Origin: a virus
Virus record (IMG/VR): IMGVR_UViG_3300045988_134561
Reading direction: 5' to 3' (one strand)
Length of the DNA stretch: 39,477 nucleotides
A program made the position numbers and the translations under genes. Position 1 is the stretch's first letter. The number at the start of each line of letters is the position of its first letter. The notes below the pieces were generated by a model that saw nothing but the letters and a program-made list of their open reading frames with translations, did no database searches and was not told where the DNA came from. Shown in pieces: positions 15,266 through 21,941 of the stretch.

Positions 15266-15426
15266 CAGTGCCCCTCTTTCTCGGTGCGGATGGTGTGGGT
15301 GACGGTGGCGGCGGTGAGGGCGGCTGCGAGGAGGAGGACGCCCGTGTGGTGGCCGAGCGTGGCGCTGAGGGCAAGCTCGGTGAGGATGGCGGCGGCAGCG
15401 GCGGCGGCGAGCGCGTAGGTGGTCAT
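15265..15426 (-). CDS. 53-aa Ala-rich membrane peptide
   Basis: ATGA overlaps at both ends (15423-15426 and 15265-15268). Two hydrophobic stretches. Below the ORF-track cutoff as an independent ORF. Confidence 0.45.
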   Translation of the reverse strand: MTTYALAAAAAAAILTELALSATLGHHTGVLLLAAALTAATVTHTIRTEKEGH

Positions 15427-15731
15427 GCCGCTACCGCCTCGGCGCTGAGGTGGCGGCGGCTGCTGATGAGCCAGCGGCCGACTCTGCGGCTCGTGGACTC
15501 GTAGGTGTTCCCGCTGCGGGTGTAGATGGTTGTGGCTTTGAGCCCGAGGAGGCCTGCGAGGGCTTGGGCTCCGCCGTCGTAGGGGATGAGGTCGATGGTG
15601 AAGAGTCCGCTGTGGTGGGCGAAGACGTCGACGGTGCGGATGTCGATGCAGTTGCGTTCGGCCTCTTCGATGAGGGCGTTCACGAGGGGGAGCGCTTCGC
15701 TGATGGGGCGCTGGGTGGTGGGGTTGCACAT
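15423..15731 (-). CDS. Hypothetical 102-aa protein
   Basis: ORF with AGGAAC upstream of the ATG. Confidence 0.55.
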   Translation of the reverse strand: MCNPTTQRPISEALPLVNALIEEAERNCIDIRTVDVFAHHSGLFTIDLIPYDGGAQALAGLLGLKATTIYTRSGNTYESTSRRVGRWLISSRRHLSAEAVAA

Positions 15732-15768
15732 GGGGGTTCCTAGAGATGGTGGGGGGGGTAGGTTGGGG

Positions 15769-15996
15769 TTACTTGGTGGCCTGCGTGAGGAGGTCGGTGG
15801 GGGTTGTGTTGAGGGCTCCGGCGAGGCGTTCGGTTTCGTCGATGGTGAGTCCGTGGCCTTGGTTGTGGAGTCGTCGGTAGAGGGTTGGGTAGGGGATGCC
15901 GGTCTTCCGGCTGGTTTCGGAAACCGAGAGGTTGGATTCTTGGAGTTGTCGGTTCAGGACCTCCGCGAGGCGGGCGGTCATCGGCGCGTTAACCAT
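15769..15996 (-). CDS. Cro-like XRE-family HTH regulator (first early gene, possibly leaderless)
   Basis: HTH pattern LSVSETSRKTGIPYPTLYRRL. The ATG lies 6 nt after the predicted -10 TAGATT. Divergent from the repressor. Confidence 0.7.
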   Translation of the reverse strand: MVNAPMTARLAEVLNRQLQESNLSVSETSRKTGIPYPTLYRRLHNQGHGLTIDETERLAGALNTTPTDLLTQATK

Positions 15997-16091
15997 ATGG
16001 ATAATCTAGTGCGCCATATGGATCACTGGCAACTTCCTGGGAGCCGCGTTACCGAAATGCGATCTTGTTCCCCATATGGAATAGTGATCGC
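15993..16091. promoter_or_regulatory. Genetic-switch intergenic region with three CCATATGG operators and divergent promoters
   Basis: CCATATGG at 15993, 16014 and 16072. Leftward TTGCCA (16032-16027), 18-nt spacer, TAGATT (16008-16003). GTTACCGAA at 16048-16056. Confidence 0.65.
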
Positions 16092-16397
16092 ATGGCCAAG
16101 ATCGACAAGGACCCCACCAAAGGGCTGAACGCCGCCGTCGCTGCCGAGCTCCGGGCCGAGCGCGTAGCCCAGGAAGTCACCTTCGATGACCTCGTGGAAC
16201 GCGTCAGCCTCTCCAGGGCCACGACCTGGAGGCTGCTCAACGCCGAGCGCCTCATCACCATCGAAGCCCTCGTGGAGTTCGCCGGAGCCCTCGGCGTCAG
16301 CGTCCTGGAGATCGTCGAGCGCGCCGAGAAGCGCCTAGCAAGGGAGGCACCCCCCCCCCGCCGAAGGGGGCGCCGCCACGCCCTAGCGATGGCGTAG
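16092..16397 (+). CDS. CI-like XRE-family HTH repressor
   Basis: HTH pattern VTFDDLVERVSLSRATTWRLLNAER. Divergent from the Cro-like gene and followed by a terminator. Met10 of ORF 16065..16397 chosen (no SD; possibly leaderless). Confidence 0.7.
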   Translation: MAKIDKDPTKGLNAAVAAELRAERVAQEVTFDDLVERVSLSRATTWRLLNAERLITIEALVEFAGALGVSVLEIVERAEKRLAREAPPPRRRGRRHALAMA

Positions 16398-16414
16398 CGC
16401 CCTAGAGACACAGA

Positions 16415-16443
16415 GAGGCCCCCACCGCGATGGTGGGGGCCTC
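16415..16443 (+). terminator. Intrinsic terminator after the repressor gene
   Basis: 12-bp stem gaggcccccacc / ggtgggggcctc with a 5-nt loop, followed by a T-containing tail. Confidence 0.65.
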
Positions 16444-16518
16444 AGTGTTGTTGGCGGCTGGCTACCCAGGGCGACGTGACCTTTCGTTGGGAATACTGGG
16501 GAAAGTCGGTTTGTCGGA

Positions 16519-16750
16519 AACATTGCTATCCAACTGCTATTTTGGGGGTAGTTTCGCGGCGTGGATCTGCGGTATTCTGCCGATCATGGGGGTCAAGGCC
16601 CGCTGTCTTGTAAACAGCAGGTCGTCGGTTCGAGTCCGACAAGCGGCTCCACGAATCCGCGGAATCATGCGGAAAACCACTCCCCCACGGTACGCTGTCA
16701 TGCGACAGTCTAGGCAACACATTGCTATCCAAACTGCTATCCGCTGCTAC
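16519..16750. other. attP region: tRNA-derived core flanked by arm-type direct repeats
   Basis: ACATTGCTATCC(A)AACTGCTAT at 16520-16540 and 16719-16740 (plus CCGCTGCTAC at 16741-16750), flanking the tRNA-like core. Lower GC than the surroundings and directly upstream of int. Confidence 0.6.
16579..16651 (+). tRNA. tRNA-Thr(UGU)-like sequence, probably only the 3' portion is authentic (attP core)
   Basis: Clean anticodon arm gctgt-cttgtaa-acagc, T-arm gtcgg-ttcgagt-ccgac, and acceptor 3' strand plus CCA. The D-arm is truncated and 2 of 7 acceptor pairs mismatch. Confidence 0.45.
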
Positions 16751-16763
16751 CCGAGGAGGAGTC

Positions 16764-18026
16764 ATGGCGTACGGCGAAGGGTCCATCTACCAGCGCAAGG
16801 ACGGGAAGTGGGTCGCCGCCCTCCCCGTCGGCTACACCCGCACCGGCGGACTCAAACGCGCCACCCGGATCCGCAAGACCGAAGCCGAAGCCAAGCGCGC
16901 CCTACGCCAACTCCGCCGCGACCACGCCGCCGGCCAGACCCAAGGCGCAAGCCCAAGAACCACCCTCAAGACCTGGTGCGACCAATGGAAGCAGGCGGCC
17001 GCCCAGCGCCTCCGCCCCAAGGCATACCTCAGCGCCAAAGACCAGATCGACCACTGGATAGTCCCCACCCTCGGACACAAACGCCTCACCGACCTCACCC
17101 CCGCAGACATGCGCACCCTCGACCGCGCCCACGAGGCCGCCGGCAACTCCACCTCCACGGCGCGACGCACACGCGCCGTCCTCTCCAAGATCCTCACCGA
17201 CGCACGCAGCGAAGGCCACCACGTCCCCACCAACGTCCTCGACGTCCCCCTCCCCAGAAAGGCCCCCAACCCGAGGGGAGCCATCCCCGTCAACGACGCC
17301 GCCACACTCCTCCACGCCTCCACTGAACCCGACGCCTGGCCGCCCCTCCCGACCAACGTCAGCACCCAGCAGCGCAAGTCCCGCCGCCTCGCCGGCGAGC
17401 AAGACGCCAGCCGGTGGGTCGCCGCCCTCCTCCAAGGCGCACGCCAAGCCGAATGCCTCGGCCTCACCTGGGACCGCGTCAACCTCGACGACGGCACCCT
17501 CACCATCGACCGCCAGCTCCAATACATCCCCACCCGCGCCATGGAAGGCGACCGCCCCCCGTCCTGGTACGCGGCCGAGCACCTGACTGGCCGATACTGG
17601 CTCGTACCGACCAAGACTCAGGCCGGGAAGCGAGTGCTGCCGATGACGCCGTGGATGGCTGCAGCCCTGAGCGCCTGGCGCGACCAGTGCCCGCCCTCCC
17701 CCTACGGGCTCGTGTGGCCCCGCTCGGGGGGCGGCCCGTGGTCGGGGGGTGACGACCGGCTGGCCTGGCGAGGGCTCCAGGATGCGGCTGGTGTCCACAA
17801 GGGCGGATCCGGCACCGAGGGTGACCCGTGGTCCTACTGGACGGTCCATGAGGCCCGGCACTCGACGGCGACGCTCCTCATGGCCGCTGGCGTCCCGGCC
17901 ACCGTCGTCATCTCAATCATGGGCCACTCAGCCATCACCGTCACCCAGAACTACCAGCACGCCGATCTGGAGATGGCTCGACAGGCGCTCGAATCGGTCG
18001 CCCCAAGACTGGGCCTCAGCGCGTAG
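16764..18026 (+). CDS. int: Tyrosine integrase (phage integrase family)
   Basis: N-terminal MAYGEGSIYQRKDGKWVA arm-binding-like motif. C-terminal HEARHSTATLL...GHSAITVTQNYQH catalytic motifs. SD GAGGAGGA 3 nt before the ATG. Confidence 0.9.
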   Translation: MAYGEGSIYQRKDGKWVAALPVGYTRTGGLKRATRIRKTEAEAKRALRQLRRDHAAGQTQGASPRTTLKTWCDQWKQAAAQRLRPKAYLSAKDQIDHWIVPTLGHKRLTDLTPADMRTLDRAHEAAGNSTSTARRTRAVLSKILTDARSEGHHVPTNVLDVPLPRKAPNPRGAIPVNDAATLLHASTEPDAWPPLPTNVSTQQRKSRRLAGEQDASRWVAALLQGARQAECLGLTWDRVNLDDGTLTIDRQLQYIPTRAMEGDRPPSWYAAEHLTGRYWLVPTKTQAGKRVLPMTPWMAAALSAWRDQCPPSPYGLVWPRSGGGPWSGGDDRLAWRGLQDAAGVHKGGSGTEGDPWSYWTVHEARHSTATLLMAAGVPATVVISIMGHSAITVTQNYQHADLEMARQALESVAPRLGLSA

Positions 18027-18035
18027 AGACAACGA

Positions 18036-18073
18036 AAGGCGCCCCTCCCACCCGAAGGTGAGAGGGGCGCCTT
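18036..18073. terminator. Bidirectional terminator between int and the end of the lysis cassette
   Basis: 12-bp stem aaggcgcccctc / gaggggcgcctt, with extra inner pairing cacc/ggtg. Confidence 0.65.
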
Positions 18074-18077
18074 CCCG

Positions 18078-18341
18078 TCAGTCGTCGGCGAGATCACCGA
18101 TCGGGGACTCCCCAGGGCCGCGCGGCAGGTCCCCCAGGGGCGCCCCACGGTCGAGGGCGATAGCGCGCGTGCGGCGGGCGACGCATTCCCATTGCGCCGC
18201 TTCCCGCCGCGCGATCTGCGCCTCCGTCTCCCTGCCCTGCTGGGCCCGCCAGAGAGCGCGCACAGCGGCGGCGATCTGCCCGAGGAGCGCGGAAGCGAAC
18301 CCGCTGGTGACGACAACGGCTATCAGCTCCGTGGCTCGCAT
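18078..18341 (-). CDS. Small N-terminally anchored membrane protein (lysis-cassette accessory)
   Basis: 87-aa ORF with TM segment LIAVVVTSGFASALLGQIAAAV. Last gene of the late operon. Confidence 0.5.
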   Translation of the reverse strand: MRATELIAVVVTSGFASALLGQIAAAVRALWRAQQGRETEAQIARREAAQWECVARRTRAIALDRGAPLGDLPRGPGESPIGDLADD

Positions 18342-18838
18342 CCAGTGTCCTCCCTCTCTATGGCGCGGGCGGCGGCGTCGGCTTCGATGGCCTTCGCCGC
18401 GGTCGCGCCGATCATGGCCTGCCGGAGCGGCGTGTCAGGCTCGCAGCCCGGCTGCCACGTGCGGCCCCAGACGCGGGCCATCCGCTGGCCGATCATGAGG
18501 AGAAGAGCAAGGATGATGAACAGCGGCCAGCCGGGCCAGTGATCGCTACTGAGGACGCGTGCGGCGTCCTCGCCGGCGACGACGATGAGCCCGAGGGCGA
18601 CGAGGGCCGCCGACGGGCCTTCAACGCCCCACCATCCCCGCCACGCCGCGGGTGCCCCGATGGAGCACCCGCAGATGGTGGTCAGGCACCCTACGGTGAC
18701 GTCCCACGGCTGGATACGCGGGGAGCCCAGGATGAGGGCGACGGCCACGGCGATGAGCGTGTAGGTCGCTGCCATCATCGCTGAGATCGCCCTGGGCTCG
18801 TGGAGCGTCGACCAGATGCGGCGGCCCCAGCCCATCAC
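18323..18838 (-). CDS. Four-TM membrane protein (holin-like or lysis regulator)
   Basis: 171-aa ORF with four hydrophobic segments and ATGA overlap with the holin gene. Confidence 0.55.
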   Translation of the reverse strand: MMGWGRRIWSTLHEPRAISAMMAATYTLIAVAVALILGSPRIQPWDVTVGCLTTICGCSIGAPAAWRGWWGVEGPSAALVALGLIVVAGEDAARVLSSDHWPGWPLFIILALLLMIGQRMARVWGRTWQPGCEPDTPLRQAMIGATAAKAIEADAAARAIEREDTGCEPRS

Positions 18839-19185
18839 GGAGCCTCGTGACGGGGCGTGTAGTGGTCCCTGGTCTCACCACCGGGGGTGACGATGCCGGC
18901 CCAGTTCAGGACCGAGACGCCGCCGATCTTGATGCGAGAGAGGACCTGATAGCCGGCCCACGCGAAGCCGAGGAACTTGCCGACCTGGCCGGCCAGGAGC
19001 TCAACCTGGAGCGGGTAAGCGCTGAGTGCCCAGGCGCCCACGGTGAGGACGACGGCGGCCCCCACGACGAGGGCGACGCGGCGTCCTCGGGTCCACCACG
19101 GCCGGTCCAGGGCCGCCTGCACCAGGGGCCACAGCGTGCCCAGGATGACGGTGGTGACGAAGGGGTCAGAGAAGAGTTCCTTCAT
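18835..19185 (-). CDS. Holin (three predicted TM segments)
   Basis: Met (MKELFSDPF...) preceded by GAAAGGAAC. Lies immediately downstream of the endolysin. Hydrophobic segments with a charged C-terminus. Confidence 0.65.
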   Translation of the reverse strand: MKELFSDPFVTTVILGTLWPLVQAALDRPWWTRGRRVALVVGAAVVLTVGAWALSAYPLQVELLAGQVGKFLGFAWAGYQVLSRIKIGGVSVLNWAGIVTPGGETRDHYTPRHEAP

Positions 19186-19207
19186 GTGTGTTCCTTTCGG
19201 TAGGTGG

Positions 19208-20935
19208 TCACCAGAGGCGGCCAGAGTTGGAGCGAGAATTGTTGAGCGCTCGCTGGAGAGCGCCGATCGTTGCCGGCCCCGCCTCGCCATCCACCCAATC
19301 CGCGAAGTCCCAGCCATCCGGCAAGTACCCGCGATGCCAAGCCATCACGAGGTACTGGAACGTCCTCCACGTGTCCGGGCCGAGCACGCCGTCGACGTCG
19401 AGCGCAGGCGAATCGTTCAGATCAGCCTGAGTGTTGGCCGGCACCGCCGAGTTCAGGAACTCCTGGAACCGCTCCACCGCGGGGGAGCCGTCCTCGTCCA
19501 GAACGCCGTCAATGGTGGTGCCCATGACCTGCTGGAGCCGGCCAATCGTCGCGGGCCCGAAGACGCCGTTACAGACAAGATCGCCCTGACCGTCACTCTT
19601 GTTCCACGCCCCGGTGTAGGAGCTCGCCTGCGGCGCGGACGTTGCCGGGGCGCTCACGGTGACGTGCCCGCCGCCGATCATCGCGTCCCAGGCTGCCCGG
19701 TCGCGCAGGCGATCCAGGTCGAGGTGGCTGTTATACCCCGGCAAATAGCCATCCTCGGTGTACTGGTGAATGAGGACGTTGCCTCCCCAGTAGGGGACGG
19801 GCGGCGTCGGCGGGTCGCTGTACGCCTGCCCGTAGGAGGCGTAGTTGGGGCCTCCGGCGTACCACAGCGGGAACCGGGAGGCGACGGCGGACCAGTCCCC
19901 GCTCCCCATACCCTCCCCGTTCAGGTAGATGCCCGGGGTGCTGCGGGTCTCGGCTGCCATCTGATGCAGGATCACGAGGGCGTCCGAGGGGGCCAAGTTG
20001 AGGGCGTCAGCCTCCCAGTCCAGCCAGAAAGTTGCGCGGCCCGCATATGCCTTGGCGCGGTCAAGGAAGAACCGGGCCTGCTCGCCCGCGTCCTCGTCGT
20101 TGGCGAAGAGATAGAGGCCGAGGCGCTTGCCGGCCCTGAGGGTGGCCTCCGCCTGAGCCCTCCAGTAGGGATTCTCGTAGCCGGTGCCCTCCGCGACTTT
20201 GACGATCACGAAGTCCGCCCAGATCGCGCCGATGTTCAGGCCGCCCTGGTGGCTGGAGATGTCGATGCCGTGGGCGTGGGCCGGGGCCGAGGAGGCCGCG
20301 GGGGCTGCCGGAGCCGGGACTGTGGAGGTCGCCCTCCCCTTTGCGAACTCGGGCCACTGCTGGAAAAACTTCGCCTCGTTGAACCGGTGGCAGGAGGTCC
20401 ACGCCCCGCGCTGTGTGTACGGGTGCTCGCTGTACCGGGCGGTGTGGGTCTCCTGGCCGGTTTGGTCGCCGCGCTCGCCGTAGAGGTCGCCGGTCTCGGC
20501 GATCCACGCCTCGGACTCGAGCGGGTCGTAGCCGTTCTCGACGATCACGATGACGTGGCCGACGCCGCCTTCGTTCCCGGCGGACAGGACGATATCGCCG
20601 ACCTGGAATCCGCCGTCCGGCGTCAGGTTCTCATCCGGCCAGTTGACCTCATCGAAGCCGCGGGCCTCCATGCCGGCGCGGAGGTTCCCGGTCCAGAAAT
20701 CGTTGATCTCCAACAGGGCCTTGTGACCCCATGGTACGCCGTAGACGTCGTGCAAGCCGTAGGAGATCGACCCAGCGACTAGGCTCGAACAATCCGCGTT
20801 CTGGGGGCTGGAGCAATGCCCCGCCCAGTCCGCGTTCGCGTACCAGCTGCGCCGGTCCTCGCCCTGGCTGTAGCCGACGGGCTCGACGTCACAGATTTGG
20901 CGGGCGATACGCGCGGTGACTGCCCCGACGGTCAC
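19208..20935 (-). CDS. Multidomain endolysin: N-terminal Cys-His peptidase/amidase (CHAP/Amidase_5-like), central GH25 muramidase, C-terminal PG_binding_1-type repeats
   Basis: DCSSLVAG...GDIVL...GHVIVIV in the N-terminal domain. HGIDISSHQG...VIVKVAEGTGYENP...FWLDWE in the centre. Three GPATIG/GPDTW repeats at the C-terminus. Confidence 0.85.
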   Translation of the reverse strand: MTVGAVTARIARQICDVEPVGYSQGEDRRSWYANADWAGHCSSPQNADCSSLVAGSISYGLHDVYGVPWGHKALLEINDFWTGNLRAGMEARGFDEVNWPDENLTPDGGFQVGDIVLSAGNEGGVGHVIVIVENGYDPLESEAWIAETGDLYGERGDQTGQETHTARYSEHPYTQRGAWTSCHRFNEAKFFQQWPEFAKGRATSTVPAPAAPAASSAPAHAHGIDISSHQGGLNIGAIWADFVIVKVAEGTGYENPYWRAQAEATLRAGKRLGLYLFANDEDAGEQARFFLDRAKAYAGRATFWLDWEADALNLAPSDALVILHQMAAETRSTPGIYLNGEGMGSGDWSAVASRFPLWYAGGPNYASYGQAYSDPPTPPVPYWGGNVLIHQYTEDGYLPGYNSHLDLDRLRDRAAWDAMIGGGHVTVSAPATSAPQASSYTGAWNKSDGQGDLVCNGVFGPATIGRLQQVMGTTIDGVLDEDGSPAVERFQEFLNSAVPANTQADLNDSPALDVDGVLGPDTWRTFQYLVMAWHRGYLPDGWDFADWVDGEAGPATIGALQRALNNSRSNSGRLW

Positions 20936-21279
20936 AGGACACCTCCCTGCTGCTGCTCCCAGCCCGCGGCGAAGTTGATCGGGCCGGCTTTGAAAGGCGA
21001 AAGCCAGGCACGGGCGACGTTCTTGTAGGTCTTGCCGTCGACCACGATGCGCTCACCAGGGCCCACCATTGCATCCCGCTGGAGGTCCTTGATGTTCTTC
21101 GCCTCAGAGGCGGCCGCACTCTCGTAGGCGTCGATGAGCTTGTCGACGTCGGCCTTGCAGTCGCTCAGGAGTGAGCGGCGACTAAACTCGCTCGATACGC
21201 GCTCCATGAGGGGGTAGAAATCGGTGTCTGCCATGAATCGGAGACCGCGCTCCGACGTGTCCATGAATCCGCCTGCCAT
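20932..21279 (-). CDS. Hypothetical 115-aa protein (tail/lysis junction)
   Basis: ORF overlapping its neighbours (TAATG and ATGA junctions). Confidence 0.55.
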   Translation of the reverse strand: MAGGFMDTSERGLRFMADTDFYPLMERVSSEFSRRSLLSDCKADVDKLIDAYESAAASEAKNIKDLQRDAMVGPGERIVVDGKTYKNVARAWLSPFKAGPINFAAGWEQQQGGVL

Positions 21280-21929
21280 TATGCCATGCTCCTTGGTGTC
21301 GCTGTCGCTGTGATTGAAGAGTAGGAGGAGTCTCCGGTGACGGAGAATGTTCCTCCCTTGCCGTATGCGCCAGTGAATCCGGCACGAATTTTCGGGTCCC
21401 TTCCGGCGGGGACCACAACCATTCCGGTCACGGTCACGGTCGCACCCGTTGAGTCATTGGGGAAGCGTGCCCGGAATTGGCGGTCCATGATGAGTATGGT
21501 CGCGTCGATATCGCCTGCCGCGACCCTCCCCCATACCGTGAATGCGACCTGGACGAGCCGGTCATAGGGGCGCACCCCGATATCAACCTGGGTGGCGCCC
21601 GAGTATTCACGATCCTTGAGCGCGAGCGTGTTAGTGAGTTGCACCCGGGATTCGACGGCCTGGACCTCGTTGATTGGGGCCAGGACCCAGACGGCCCCAT
21701 TCTTGGCCCCGTCGGAGCGGTAGAGGATTCCTCCGACGTCGAGGTAGGCGGGGTGCGCTGCCGTCGGGGCGTGGCCGGCAGCCTCTGCCTTCGACAGAAT
21801 CTCGCGGCCCGCAGCGACAGACTGGGCGGGGAAGACGATCCCCGCGGCGTCCAGGGCGTTCGTCCACGCCGCCAGCAGGTCATCCCCGGCATCCGGGACC
21901 GGGACACCCTTCCAATGAGTAGTCGGCAT
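21279..21929 (-). CDS. Minor tail protein
   Basis: 216-aa ORF downstream of the fibre gene. Beta-rich composition. Call is position-based. Confidence 0.5.
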   Translation of the reverse strand: MPTTHWKGVPVPDAGDDLLAAWTNALDAAGIVFPAQSVAAGREILSKAEAAGHAPTAAHPAYLDVGGILYRSDGAKNGAVWVLAPINEVQAVESRVQLTNTLALKDREYSGATQVDIGVRPYDRLVQVAFTVWGRVAAGDIDATILIMDRQFRARFPNDSTGATVTVTGMVVVPAGRDPKIRAGFTGAYGKGGTFSVTGDSSYSSITATATPRSMA

Positions 21930-21941
21930 TCATTCGCCCTT

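Noticed and set aside
16579-16651. Functional full-length phage-encoded tRNA-Thr
   Set aside because: Only the anticodon arm to the CCA end folds canonically. The D-arm is too short and lacks the conserved GG and A14/U8 positions. Acceptor pairs 5 and 7 mismatch. The position next to int, between arm-type repeats, fits an attP core better.
16430-17326. 298-aa plus-strand ORF overlapping attP and the 5' half of the integrase gene
   Set aside because: It is out of frame with the well-supported integrase, Arg/Pro-rich, and crosses the non-coding attP region. It is a shadow ORF.
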